Of a stretch of 53,041 nucleotides of DNA, positions 25,823 through 35,024 are shown piece after piece; position 1 is the first letter of the stretch; each line of letters begins with the position of its first letter. The DNA comes from a virus: IMG/VR virus record IMGVR_UViG_3300011415_000004, one strand, 5' to 3'. A program made the translations under genes and the position numbers. Below the pieces are notes generated by a model. The model saw nothing but the letters and a program-made list of their open reading frames with translations. It did not search any database and was not told where the DNA came from.

Positions 25823-27654
25823 TCGGCGGGGGGGCCATCGGGACCCTCACCCCCGGTGGATCCACGGCGCGCACCGTCGGCTCGGTCATCACCGACGAGG
25901 TCTCCTTCTCGATCGACTTCGACACGGACGCCTCTGAGTTCGGCGCGACGAAGGTCGACGGCGGGCCGGTCGAGTTCAAGATCGACTTCGACGCGACAGT
26001 CCACTCCCTCATCGAGGGCCGCGACTACCGGGTGGTCATCACCGACCTCGCCGGTAACCGCTACTCAGAACTGGTGACCGCCTCCCTCGGGGATATGTCC
26101 TGGGAACTCAACGGGCCGGGCTCCTTGGAGTTCGGCATGGGCCAAGACGACCCGGCCGCCGGGACGGTGCACGCGCTCACGCGCGAGGTCGAGGTCTGGA
26201 AGGGCGACTCGCTCCTCTGGTCCGGGCCCATCGTGCGACCCCTCGCGTCCGCTCAGTTCGCCTCGTTCCAAGCCCAGACCCCGGAGTGGTACTTCTCGCG
26301 CCGCCACGTTGGGAAGGCCGACCGGACCAACCACGTCCCCGGTGGCGACTTCGAGGGTGGATACGGCGAATGGAACGTGGGGTTCTCCGCACCGCTGGAG
26401 CCCGTCGCCGGACGCAACCCCGCTCACTGGAACGATGCGATCGTCACGACCCGCGCGGTCACCGGCAAGCGGTCGCTCCGCCTGGAGCAGGAGGCCTCGG
26501 GCCAGCCGAAGTACGGGATCACCGCGTCCGAATACTTCGAGTGGGAGGTCGACCCCGACACGGTCGGAGAGGCGGGGGACGTGTGGACCCTGTCCGCCTA
26601 CTGCTTCATTCCGTCGAGCGGGTGGCGCGGGCCGCGCCTCGATCGCGGCGGGCTCGGGATGGGGCGCTTCTCGACCTCGGACGTGATCGTCATCACCTCC
26701 GAGGACGGCCTCACCTTCGGCGTCTTCCCCAAGCCGATCGAGGGCGCGACAACCACCATCGACGAACTCCACCCGAGGAACCGCTGGGTCCGTCACCAGG
26801 TCACCCTCGTCCAGCCTCCGAGCGATGAGCCCGAACTCATCTCAGTCCGGCTCCATTGTCCTAACGGGGTGATCTTCTGGGACCGGGTGACGCTCACCCT
26901 CCAGGAGGCGCTCCACTTCGAGGAGACCGACCAGGCCCTCATCGCCGCGGGGATCGTGGAGCACCTCCAGGATCCGGCCTACGGGAAGTCGGACCTGGGC
27001 ATCGCGCTGCACACGCCCCTAACGGGGGTGAAGCGCGACCGGACCTACCTCCACCAGGAGCACGCGAAGGGCCTCGACCTGCTCCAGGAGTTCCCGAAAC
27101 TGGACGACGGCTTCGACTGGGACGTCCAGGTCACCCCCGGCGGGAAGACGTTCCGCACCCACTACCCGCGCAAGGGGGTCGACCGAAGCGCGTCGATGGT
27201 CTTCGAGTACGGCCGGAACATCGTGGACTTCTCCGACGCCTTCGACGGCGAGGCCGCCGCGTCCTCGGTCATCATGCTCGGGACCGGTGACGGCTCCTCG
27301 CGGGAGGAGGGCTTCGCGGAGGACCCGACCCTGTTCGAGGGGATCACCTACGAAGACGTGAGCGTGGCCCCCGACTCGGAGGGCTACGGCCAGATCGACA
27401 CCCTCGACAACCGCGCGACGGAACGCCTCCGTGAGGCGTCGACCGCGTCGATCGTGGAGATCGAGGTCAAGGAGATCGTGGACTTCGAGGGGCGCGAGGT
27501 CATCCTCCTCGGCACACTCCAGACCGGGGACCTCGTGAGGGTCCGCATCCACCGCGGGATCACCCACGTCGAGGGCGTCTACCGGGTGGTTCGCATGAGC
27601 CTCAACCCCACTAGTGGCATCATCACCCTGACCCTCAACTGGTGGAGCGAGTAG
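25819..27654 (+). CDS. Tal-like tail tip protein with inserted carbohydrate-binding-like module
   Basis: 611 aa. N- and C-terminal parts resemble prophage tail (Tal) proteins. The central GGDFEGGYGEW...W-rich segment resembles CBM_4_9. Confidence 0.5.
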   Translation: MIGGGAIGTLTPGGSTARTVGSVITDEVSFSIDFDTDASEFGATKVDGGPVEFKIDFDATVHSLIEGRDYRVVITDLAGNRYSELVTASLGDMSWELNGPGSLEFGMGQDDPAAGTVHALTREVEVWKGDSLLWSGPIVRPLASAQFASFQAQTPEWYFSRRHVGKADRTNHVPGGDFEGGYGEWNVGFSAPLEPVAGRNPAHWNDAIVTTRAVTGKRSLRLEQEASGQPKYGITASEYFEWEVDPDTVGEAGDVWTLSAYCFIPSSGWRGPRLDRGGLGMGRFSTSDVIVITSEDGLTFGVFPKPIEGATTTIDELHPRNRWVRHQVTLVQPPSDEPELISVRLHCPNGVIFWDRVTLTLQEALHFEETDQALIAAGIVEHLQDPAYGKSDLGIALHTPLTGVKRDRTYLHQEHAKGLDLLQEFPKLDDGFDWDVQVTPGGKTFRTHYPRKGVDRSASMVFEYGRNIVDFSDAFDGEAAASSVIMLGTGDGSSREEGFAEDPTLFEGITYEDVSVAPDSEGYGQIDTLDNRATERLREASTASIVEIEVKEIVDFEGREVILLGTLQTGDLVRVRIHRGITHVEGVYRVVRMSLNPTSGIITLTLNWWSE

Positions 27655-28070
27655 TGCCTCTGCCCCCCGACGAACGCCGCACGCGTGACGAGACGCTCCG
27701 ACGTCTCGAAGCCCTCGAACGCCGCCTCTCCCCCGGCCCGGCCCGGGTGCCGGTCTTCGAGACCTGGTCCCAGACTGGGGCCCTCGTCGTCCAGACGTCC
27801 GGCCGCTACCACCCCCCTCGGGGTGGCCGCCTCGTGTCGGTCATCTCGTCCCTCGCGGTGGGGGGCTCCACCCCGACGGTGGTCGAGGTCTGGAAGTCGG
27901 GGGAGGCCTCCCCGATCGAGACGGTCACCTTCGGGGTGGACCAGACCTGGGAGCCCATCGCCTGCTCCCACTTCGTGGATGACTCGGCCTACGTCTGGAT
28001 GGATCTGGTCACCGCGGGGAGCGGGGCCCGGTCGATCACCGTCCAGATCGAGATCATCCCCGGGCAGTAG
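27654..28070 (+). CDS. hypothetical tail-associated protein
   Basis: In frame with ORF 27642..28070. The GTG overlaps the upstream TAG. Confidence 0.5.
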   Translation: MPLPPDERRTRDETLRRLEALERRLSPGPARVPVFETWSQTGALVVQTSGRYHPPRGGRLVSVISSLAVGGSTPTVVEVWKSGEASPIETVTFGVDQTWEPIACSHFVDDSAYVWMDLVTAGSGARSITVQIEIIPGQ

Positions 28071-28081
28071 GGTCGACCTCG

Positions 28082-28912
28082 ATGGCCTACCCCGTGCGGT
28101 CGATGACGAAGTCCCGGCTTCTTACCGGGCAATTCAACGGCCACCTCCCCCCCTCAGTCCTCTCGTCAACCCCGGGTCAGATCGGGGGCGCGACGGTCAC
28201 CCTCATCACCCCCGCGGCGCGGGGGTGGCGTGCCCTCTGTGCGGCCGCGAAGAAGGCGGGCCACACGCTCAAGACAAACGCGCCGTCGAGTTCGTATCGG
28301 ACCTACGACGAACAGGAGGACATCTTCCGCGCGCGGTATGTCCCCTGGTTCACGCGGCACACCTCCGGGGAGATCCGGACGAAGACGTGGCTCGGGCGAA
28401 CGTGGTGGCACCAGTCGGGCGCGGTCGCCGCGGTGCCGGGCCAGTCCAACCACGGTTGGGCCTCGGCGGTCGACACGGGCGAGGAACGCGACGGGGACCG
28501 CTGGGCGGAGCCCCTCGACAACGCGACCCTCTCGTGGCTGATCGCGAACGAGGAGAAGTTCGGCTTCTCCCATGAGATCCAGTCCGAGCCCTGGCACCTA
28601 CGGTGGTTCTCGGGTGACGTGATCCCCGCCGCCGTGCTCGCCTACGAGAAGACCCTCAAGACACCCCCCGAGACGGAGGACGAAGACGATATGGGAACAC
28701 CGCAGTACCTAGTGATTGACGACGACGGCAAGTGGTGGGTCACGGGCGGAATCTTCAAGCGGTACGTGAACGACCGCCTGGAGGCGCGGATCCTCGTGAA
28801 CTCGAAGATGGCGATCGCGGACGGCACCTACTCCAACGGGGACCCCCGGCCGTTCCGCTGGCCCTACCTGGCGATCGGTGACATCCGGGACGTGGCGGAC
28901 CTGGTCAAGTAG
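28082..28912 (+). CDS. endolysin, M15 (VanY/LAS) zinc peptidase with C-terminal domain of unknown type
   Basis: SSYRTYDEQ, SNHGWASAVD and EPWHL match the LAS metallopeptidase motifs. Confidence 0.8.
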   Translation: MAYPVRSMTKSRLLTGQFNGHLPPSVLSSTPGQIGGATVTLITPAARGWRALCAAAKKAGHTLKTNAPSSSYRTYDEQEDIFRARYVPWFTRHTSGEIRTKTWLGRTWWHQSGAVAAVPGQSNHGWASAVDTGEERDGDRWAEPLDNATLSWLIANEEKFGFSHEIQSEPWHLRWFSGDVIPAAVLAYEKTLKTPPETEDEDDMGTPQYLVIDDDGKWWVTGGIFKRYVNDRLEARILVNSKMAIADGTYSNGDPRPFRWPYLAIGDIRDVADLVK

Positions 28913-28956
28913 GGGGGTACCGTCCGCGCGACGGCGAACACGTAGGGTGGGCAACC

Positions 28957-29190
28957 ATGGGGGGCCCGGCGGTGAGGAGGAGGCGACGGTTCGGCCGAGG
29001 CGGGGGGCTCTCGACCGTGGCGCGCGACTCGATCCTGTTCCTTTCGGGGATCATCCTCATCGTGAACGAACTGGTGGTGCGCGATGGACCTGAGCGCCCG
29101 ACCGTGCTACTCCTGCTCGCGGGCATGGTTGGCCTTCCGGCCTTCCTCCGTGCCGATGAGAGGGCGTCACAAGATGATGCCGACGAGTAA
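28957..29190 (+). CDS. membrane protein (holin-like, two TM segments)
   Basis: ILFLSGIILIVNELVV and TVLLLLAGMVGLPAFL. Sits next to the endolysin. Confidence 0.55.
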   Translation: MGGPAVRRRRRFGRGGGLSTVARDSILFLSGIILIVNELVVRDGPERPTVLLLLAGMVGLPAFLRADERASQDDADE

Positions 29191-29305
29191 CCACTACGGT
29201 CGCTTCCGGACCTGGCTCGCCCGCCACCCTCGGTCGATCCTCTGGTCCTCCGCCGTCCTCGTGTCGACGGTCGGCTGGGATCTGATCCGGGGGTGCCCCT
29301 GCTAG
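29174..29305 (+). CDS. small membrane protein (43 aa)
   Basis: In frame with ORF 29084..29305. The ATGATG start overlaps the upstream 3' end. Hydrophobic segment: ILWSSAVLVSTVGW. Confidence 0.4.
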   Translation: MMPTSNHYGRFRTWLARHPRSILWSSAVLVSTVGWDLIRGCPC

Positions 29306-29332
29306 CGCCGGGCTCCACGTAGGCTCCCCGGG

Positions 29333-29749
29333 GTGGTTCACCCCCTGGAGTCCCAGAGGACTCGGACGATCGCCCGAGTCGTGACCCTGGTCGCCATCAT
29401 CCTCACCGCCTCGTGGTACGTGGTGCGCGCCGAAGGGCACGCCGACACGGCCACGACCGCGGCCGAGAAGGCGGACGCCACGGCCGAGGCCCTCCGTGAG
29501 GAGGTGCGGGCCCGGATCATCTCGGACTGTGAAGGGACGAACGACTCGCGGACCATCGTCCGCGACGCGATCGTGGACTCGATCATCCTCATCGGTCGGT
29601 ACACGTCGGACCCCACCGAGGTCGAGGTCATCGCCAAGGACATCGAGGCGACCCTCAAGAAGCAACTCCCACAACGCGACTGTCCCAAGGTCGCGGAGGC
29701 CGCAATCGAGGCCGCCGAGAAGGCGGCAACTGAGAAGGAGCCAGCATGA
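29333..29749 (+). CDS. membrane-anchored protein (lysis accessory candidate)
   Basis: N-terminal TM segment (IARVVTLVAIILTASWYVV), followed by a helical acidic domain. Confidence 0.5.
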   Translation: MVHPLESQRTRTIARVVTLVAIILTASWYVVRAEGHADTATTAAEKADATAEALREEVRARIISDCEGTNDSRTIVRDAIVDSIILIGRYTSDPTEVEVIAKDIEATLKKQLPQRDCPKVAEAAIEAAEKAATEKEPA

Positions 29750-30159
29750 GCAAGAACCCGTTCGTCGTCCTCGCTGAGAAGGTCGCCACGACCTACGTCG
29801 AGGCGTTCCTCACGATCCTCCTCGGGGGTGACTGGCTCAACGTGTCGACCGCGGAGGCCGCCGCGATAGCGGCACTCCCCGCGGCGCTCACGGTCATCGC
29901 AAACGGGACGCCTCTGGTCCCGATCGGCCTCCCGTTCTACGTCGACCTCGGGCTCCGAGCGGTACGCACCTACGCCGTGACCTTCGTCGGCTTCGCCGCC
30001 GCGGTGCCGGTGTTCGCGCTGGACTACTCGATCGCCGTCTCCGCCTCGGCCGCCGGGATGACCGCGGCGCTCGCACTCGTGAAGGGTGCCCTGGCCTCGA
30101 AGATCGGACGCTCCGACTCGGCGGCCGTGCTGCCCGCGTCCCTCGACCCCGCCGCCTAG
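29746..30159 (+). CDS. holin-like multi-TM protein
   Basis: ATGA overlap with the upstream gene. Three or four hydrophobic segments. Last gene of the late operon. Confidence 0.55.
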   Translation: MSKNPFVVLAEKVATTYVEAFLTILLGGDWLNVSTAEAAAIAALPAALTVIANGTPLVPIGLPFYVDLGLRAVRTYAVTFVGFAAAVPVFALDYSIAVSASAAGMTAALALVKGALASKIGRSDSAAVLPASLDPAA

Positions 30160-30387
30160 TTGGGGTGGCGAGCCTGCCTCGCCTGTGAGACCGAGTTCAA
30201 GGAGGGACCCTGCCTCTCGTGTGAGGGGCCGGGGGTCCCTGGCCGCCTAGTCGACTTCTGCCCGCACGGGAACCGTCGACCGTTCCGGGGGTGGCCGTGC
30301 CCCCGATGCCGCGACGAGTTCGTGGAGTTGCATCGGTCGATCCGCCGGATCATGCCTAGACACGTCAACCCAGGTAGTCCATACTGA
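30160..30387 (+). CDS. Cys-rich zinc-ribbon-like protein (TTG start)
   Basis: ORF track. CLAC...CLSC...CPHG...CPRC, with GC-rich third positions. Confidence 0.4.
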   Translation: MGWRACLACETEFKEGPCLSCEGPGVPGRLVDFCPHGNRRPFRGWPCPRCRDEFVELHRSIRRIMPRHVNPGSPY

Positions 30388-30437
30388 CCGGAACGTCTCG
30401 CCCGGTTGAACTTGGGGACCGGATCCGGGACGTTTCC

Positions 30438-30470
30438 GAGGAGCCCCTGGAGTCGCACCGGGGGCTCCTC
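30438..30470 (+). terminator. 10-bp perfect stem hairpin (GAGGAGCCCC / GGGGCTCCTC)
   Basis: Read directly. It lies in the gap between the late and early arms. Confidence 0.55.
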
Positions 30471-30562
30471 CGCGTCACGGGGGGTTGACAGGCGTGAGAC
30501 AATGAAGGTGGAGGCGATGAGAACCCTCCCGCAACCCTCACCCCAAGGAGGCATAAGCGACC

Positions 30563-30769
30563 GTGAAGACACGGACCCGAGCAACGATCAAGATCACCCA
30601 GCCACGTCCTCTCCCCGGGGACGTCAAGTGGGAGCCCCCCTTCAAGTACGACTGTTCCCGAGGCCATGAGATCCACGCCTCGAAGGCGGTCGACGCGTGC
30701 CCCATGTACCGACGGGGCCAGCCGTGCGACGGCACCCTCAAGCGGTTCGGCATCGGAGCCCGGTCGTGA
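30563..30769 (+). CDS. small Cys/His protein
   Basis: ORF track. CTCACCCCAAGGAGG box 12 nt upstream of the GTG. Confidence 0.6.
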   Translation: MKTRTRATIKITQPRPLPGDVKWEPPFKYDCSRGHEIHASKAVDACPMYRRGQPCDGTLKRFGIGARS

Positions 30770-30984
30770 AGATCCGCTGGGTAGATCGCCGCGCCGTTGG
30801 TCAGATGCTCTGGATCCAGACCTCGCGAGCCCCGCACGAGGGGTTCTCGGCTTGGGTCGAAGGCCTCACCGCTGAGGACCGTCGCGACCCCGGCCGTCCG
30901 GAGACGTGCTTCTACGGCCGGGGTGCGATCGGCAAGGCGAAGGCCGCGGCCCAGATCGTGGTCGACCTTCGGGGGAGACGGTGA
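30766..30984 (+). CDS. hypothetical protein
   Basis: GTGA overlap with the upstream gene. In frame with ORF 30697..30984. Confidence 0.55.
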   Translation: MKIRWVDRRAVGQMLWIQTSRAPHEGFSAWVEGLTAEDRRDPGRPETCFYGRGAIGKAKAAAQIVVDLRGRR

Positions 30985-31545
30985 TGGACCGCGACGACCT
31001 CATCCCATTCCTCCTCGACCGCGGGCGGAAGATCATCCTGGAGATCGCCTCGCCCACCTCGTGCATCATCTCGACGCGGGTGGCGATCGAGGTCCTCAAG
31101 GCCCACGGCATCCGAGCCCGAGCCCAGGCCGTGACGGTCGAGGCGCTCAACGCGCACGCCCGGCGCGACGTCGAGACGAACGCGCCGGAGCCCCGGCTCG
31201 GGTCGTGGGCCATCGGGTGTACGGCGACCGGCTACCTCGACCCCCTGGAGAACACCTGGGACGGCCACCTGGTGGCGGTCTTCACCGACGCCAAGGGCGA
31301 GGTGCTCCTCGACCTGTCGGCTGACCAGTTCTCCCGACCGGCGAAGGAGATCCACGCGGAGCCCCTGGCGATCCGCATCAAGGGCGAGTGGCCCACCGGC
31401 TGGATCTGGCCTAACGGCTCGGTGATCGCGTACAAGCCGAACCCCCTCTCGCTCCTACCGCCAGTCCCGGAACTGGTCGGACCGCGACCACTGGGGCCCG
31501 ATCTTCGACCAGATCATGGAGGAGATGGGATGCCCCGTCGGATGA
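30984..31545 (+). CDS. hypothetical protein (possible Cys-His-Asp hydrolase fold); needs a +1 frame change at C5 31442-31446
   Basis: As assembled the ORF runs to 31769. After the C5 tract the +1 frame reads ...YRQSRNWSDRDHWGPIFDQIMEEMGCPVG*, and its TGA forms an ATGA overlap with ATG 31542. Confidence 0.45.
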
Positions 31546-31769
31546 CGCGCCGTCGTGCGGCCGGGATCCTCCGCCGCCGCCGGGACTACCTGACGAAGGT
31601 CGCCGTCGGGAAGCGGTCCTCGTCCTTGCCGACCCGCCACGAGGAGGAGGAGATCGAGGCCCTGGAGGTCGCGCTCTGGGTCCTCGACTCAACCCCGGTT
31701 GCGACTGTCACACCCCTGGGAGTAAGGTCCCCCCAACCCCTCGCCACCCAAGGAGAACCCCATGGCTGA
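31542..31769 (+). CDS. hypothetical basic protein
   Basis: MTRRRAAGILRRRRDYLTKV... with an ATGA overlap to the +1 frame of the previous gene. Confidence 0.4.
   Translation: MTRRRAAGILRRRRDYLTKVAVGKRSSSLPTRHEEEEIEALEVALWVLDSTPVATVTPLGVRSPQPLATQGEPHG
31690..31728 (+). promoter_or_regulatory. promoter repeat P9 (TTGCGA 31699-31704, 18-nt spacer, TAAGGT 31723-31728)
   Basis: The CAACCCCGGTTGCGAC core is related to P1-P8. A CCACCCAAGGAG box and ATG 31762 lie downstream. Confidence 0.5.
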
Positions 31770-33249
31770 ACTCCAGACGCGACCGCCGACGGGCCAGGTC
31801 GCCTACCCACTCGTCCTCGTGGAGCACGAGGAGAAGGCCGGGGGCTCCTACGCCCTGGCCCAGTTCGCCGCCTCCCCCAACGTGGGCCGATGCTTCGTCC
31901 TCGACACTGGGGACGGCACGGCCGACGAGTACGCATCGCTCGGGCCCTACGAGATCCTCGTCCACGACGGCACCTGGCCCAGCATGATCGGCCAGATCGA
32001 GGCGGCCACGAAGGCCCCGCGCTCCGACCCGGAGAAGCCGAACGTGGTGGGCATCGACCATGGCTCCGCCATCTGGCAGATGTTGAGCCTCTGGACCGAC
32101 GAGAGGGCGCGCCGGTCCGAGTCGGGCCGGAAGAAGTTGGAGCGCGATCCGGACGCGGAGATCGACGCGACGGTCAACCTCTGGAACGATGCGAAGTCGC
32201 GCTGGGGTCGGATGATGTTCCTCCTCAAGAACTTCGACGGGATCGGGGTGATCCTCGCCCACGGCTCGGACGTCGTGAAGGTCGAGGGCGGGGTGCCCAC
32301 GAAGGAGACGGTCTGGTCGACGGTCGTGGAGAAGAACACCGAGGGCGTGGTCTCCGCCATCGTCCGGGTCCGTCGGCCGCACGCGGCGCGCCTCATCGGG
32401 GTCCGCTCGCTCACGATCGAGGTCCCCGGCGACGGGCTCCCGCTTCCCGATCAAGGGATGCTGGACCACCTGGTCTTCGGGATCCTCGGGGCCGGTGGCT
32501 TCGCCGCCTCGACGTCGGTGGCGGCCACGACCGGGATGCCGACGCCCGCCGCGAAGGCCTCGGTGCTGGATCGGGTGAAGGCCTCCTATCCCGAGAACAT
32601 GACGGACAAGGAGCGGGCCGCCGAGGCCGGTCGTCTCTGGCACGCCTACGGCCTCCCGGACAAGGTCGAGGAGGTCCCCGCCGACAAGGTCGCCGCCCTG
32701 CTCCTTGACATCGCGGACGGGAAGACCCAGACCCCGCCGGAGGATCCGCCCGACGGTGGGGGCGAGGATCCCTCCACGCCCCCCGAGGAGCCCCAGGGCG
32801 GGCCTCCGGCGACCTCCGGCCCCGGTGATACCCCGGATCCAGCAGAGGGCTCCACAGAGGTCCACCTCATGGGCGAGGCCTACTCCTCGGAGGACGCCCG
32901 ACACTGGCTGGACGATGCCCGCCGTCCCGCGCTGATCGGGGTCGCCAAGGTCGAGGGGATCCTGGCGACCGGCAAGACCGAGGAGATCCGTGAGCGCCTC
33001 CTCCTCCACTTCGGTTTGGCCGAGTGGCCGGAGGTCGAGGAGGCCCAGGCCGTGGCCCGGGTCGAGGAGGCCTTCGGTGAAACCGCGGAAACCGCGGATC
33101 CCGTGCTCATCGACGTCCCCGAGGGATGGTCCGAGGGCCGATGCCTCTGTGGCGAGCCCCTCACCTACAGGGCGGGCGACCAGAGGAACACGATCCGCCA
33201 CCTTGACCCCACCATCGACACCAACCACCCAGCAGAGGAGCCCTTCTAA
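31762..33249 (+). CDS. RecA/AAA_24-like fold protein with degenerate Walker A and a SAP-like C-terminal motif (tentative)
   Basis: 495 aa. VVGIDHGSAIW resembles a Walker B strand, but there is no GK[ST]. Pro/Glu-rich linker. IGVAKVEGILATGKTEEIRERLLLHFG resembles a SAP motif. Confidence 0.35.
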   Translation: MAELQTRPPTGQVAYPLVLVEHEEKAGGSYALAQFAASPNVGRCFVLDTGDGTADEYASLGPYEILVHDGTWPSMIGQIEAATKAPRSDPEKPNVVGIDHGSAIWQMLSLWTDERARRSESGRKKLERDPDAEIDATVNLWNDAKSRWGRMMFLLKNFDGIGVILAHGSDVVKVEGGVPTKETVWSTVVEKNTEGVVSAIVRVRRPHAARLIGVRSLTIEVPGDGLPLPDQGMLDHLVFGILGAGGFAASTSVAATTGMPTPAAKASVLDRVKASYPENMTDKERAAEAGRLWHAYGLPDKVEEVPADKVAALLLDIADGKTQTPPEDPPDGGGEDPSTPPEEPQGGPPATSGPGDTPDPAEGSTEVHLMGEAYSSEDARHWLDDARRPALIGVAKVEGILATGKTEEIRERLLLHFGLAEWPEVEEAQAVARVEEAFGETAETADPVLIDVPEGWSEGRCLCGEPLTYRAGDQRNTIRHLDPTIDTNHPAEEPF

Positions 33250-33449
33250 TGTCCGAGCCCGAGCCCCAGTCACCCCCGCAACCCAAGCGCCGCCCGTCGT
33301 TCTCGATCGCCTTCGAGTTCACCGACTTCACACCCGGCGAAGACCTCGACCGAGACGCCCTCGGCCAGACGATCTTCGATCACCTCATCCAGGGGCCGGT
33401 CGACGCCGACGGAGACTGGTCGATCGACGGCTTCGAGGTCCTCCGATGA
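33249..33449 (+). CDS. hypothetical acidic protein
   Basis: ORF track. Confidence 0.55.
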   Translation: MSEPEPQSPPQPKRRPSFSIAFEFTDFTPGEDLDRDALGQTIFDHLIQGPVDADGDWSIDGFEVLR

Positions 33450-34081
33450 CCGACACCCCGAACCCCACCCCACCCGAGGACGCCATCTGGCCGACACCAG
33501 AGGGCAACCTCCTCGATCCGCTCGCCACGACCGACGGCATCGCGAAGGCGAGGGAGGCGCTTCGCTCGCTGGAGGGGTGGACGATGGACCTCATCGAGTC
33601 CGCTCCCGTGAAGGCCGACCCGATCCATCCGACCTACGTCCACGACCTCGCCTACCTGGTCGACAACCTGGAGGCGATCATCGACAAGGCGAAGGCCATC
33701 CAGGCCGAGGCCGGGGAGGCCCTGGCGAAGGCCGTCCCGTTCGGCACGCCACGGATCGCCTTCCCCGGGCTCCGGCCTCTCACCCCCCGTTGGGGCGGCA
33801 CCCGCAAGGAGTGGGCCATGGACATCCTCGGGGACCTCGTGAAGGCTCGGGTCCTCGTAGCCCCGGCGAAGGTCGACACCGAAACTGGGGAGATCGTCTC
33901 GCCCGCCTATGAGCGGACGCCCGAGGAGGTCCTCGACTCCGCCTTCTCCGTGGTCTCCCTCACCGGATCGAACCTCAAGGTCACCGGGCTACGCGCCCTG
34001 GGCCTCGATCCGGACGACTACTGCAAGAAGACCCCCGCGCCGCCGACCGTCCAGGTGACGAAGGATGCGCTGGACCGATGA
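33446..34081 (+). CDS. hypothetical protein
   Basis: In frame with ORF 32990..34081. ATGA overlap with the upstream gene. Confidence 0.6.
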   Translation: MTDTPNPTPPEDAIWPTPEGNLLDPLATTDGIAKAREALRSLEGWTMDLIESAPVKADPIHPTYVHDLAYLVDNLEAIIDKAKAIQAEAGEALAKAVPFGTPRIAFPGLRPLTPRWGGTRKEWAMDILGDLVKARVLVAPAKVDTETGEIVSPAYERTPEEVLDSAFSVVSLTGSNLKVTGLRALGLDPDDYCKKTPAPPTVQVTKDALDR

Positions 34082-34222
34082 TCGTCGCCAAGACAGGCTT
34101 CTACGTGTCCGCCCAGGTGTGGATCGCCCGCCGCCGTGCTCGCCCCGGATACCGCGACGACGGCCGCGTGCGTCGTGGGAGCGATCTTCAACGCCCTCGC
34201 CTGGCTGGTCACCGATGACTGA
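34078..34222 (+). CDS. small membrane protein; coding frame appears to change near 34125-34136
   Basis: The frame-1 ORF 34078..34218 has ATGA overlaps at both ends. However, the second half is GC3-rich and hydrophobic only in frame 2 (VLAPDTATTAACVVGAIFNALAWLVTDD*, GTG 34136). Confidence 0.35.
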
Positions 34223-34826
34223 GGTCAAGGCCTTCGACACCTACAAGACGAACGCCGATCTGATCGTGGCCGCGGTCCGTCTCGGCTACCTCCGGAAGGA
34301 GTGGACGACCCTCGACCCAACCTGTGGTGAGGGCACCTTCTGGAACCTCTGGAGGCCGGACCGGCTCATCGCCTCGGACCTCGACAGTAGGAAGTCTCCT
34401 ACCGGGACGTCGGTCGACGTCCGACGCCTCCCGCATATGGGGCGCGTCTTCGACGCCACGGTCTTCGACGGGCCCTACAAGTTCAACGGCAGGCCCGCCG
34501 CTGAGACAGATGAGAGGTACGGGGTCCATCTCCCGACGAGATGGCAGGACCGGATGGACCTGCTCATCGAGGGCACGAAGGAGTGCGCGCGCGTCACGAA
34601 GACGATGCTCCTCATAAAGTGCATGGACCAGGTGTGCTCGGGGAAGATCCGGTGGCAGAGGCGGGTCCTCACCGAGGTCGCGGAGCACGAGGGCTTCGGG
34701 CTCCTGGACGAACTCCACTACGAGTCGTTCCGGCCCCAGCCGTCGGGCCGCCGCCAGGTCACGGCACGCCGGAACTTCTCGACGCTCCTCATCCTCCAGC
34801 GCGGACACTCGTGGCGACACGCGTAG
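34215..34826 (+). CDS. DNA methyltransferase (N6-adenine/N4-cytosine type)
   Basis: DPTCGEGTFW (motif I) followed by VFDGPYKF (a DPPY-like motif IV). Confidence 0.7.
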   Translation: MTEVKAFDTYKTNADLIVAAVRLGYLRKEWTTLDPTCGEGTFWNLWRPDRLIASDLDSRKSPTGTSVDVRRLPHMGRVFDATVFDGPYKFNGRPAAETDERYGVHLPTRWQDRMDLLIEGTKECARVTKTMLLIKCMDQVCSGKIRWQRRVLTEVAEHEGFGLLDELHYESFRPQPSGRRQVTARRNFSTLLILQRGHSWRHA

Positions 34827-34999
34827 TCGTCGGCTCCTTCGAGTACGTCCGGCGGGACTACGTCCCCCGCAAGGGACAGAAGCCGCGCCACGACTGGGTC
34901 CGCAACCACCGGGGCCATAAGGCCATCGTCGGCCAGGAGGTGGCGACCCTCGTGGATGAGATCGACCGGCTTCGATCGGCTCCACTCATCCGGGGTTGA
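34811..34999 (+). CDS. hypothetical protein
   Basis: GTG start in frame with ORF 34541..34999. Its TGA stop lies inside the P4 -35 region. Confidence 0.45.
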   Translation: MATRVVVGSFEYVRRDYVPRKGQKPRHDWVRNHRGHKAIVGQEVATLVDEIDRLRSAPLIRG

Positions 35000-35024
35000 C
35001 GGTTCCAGGGGGATCCCCTAAACT
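34988..35024 (+). promoter_or_regulatory. promoter-operator repeat P4 (TTGACG 34996-35001, 17-nt spacer, TAAACT 35019-35024)
   Basis: The spacer contains the GGGGATCCCC palindrome. The leader carries CTCACCCCAAGGAG before ATG 35076. Confidence 0.65.

Noticed and set aside
30481-30514. GGGGTTGACA at 30481-30490 considered as a tenth functional promoter.
   Set aside because: The -35 is perfect, but no TANNNT hexamer lies 16-19 nt downstream. I kept it only as a relic or uncertain copy.
30156-30584. Minus-strand ORF (142 aa) in the late/early gap, considered as a divergently transcribed repressor.
   Set aside because: Its composition is Ser/Arg/Pro/Gly-rich with no HTH. The region is better explained by a + strand zinc-ribbon ORF, a hairpin and promoter relics.
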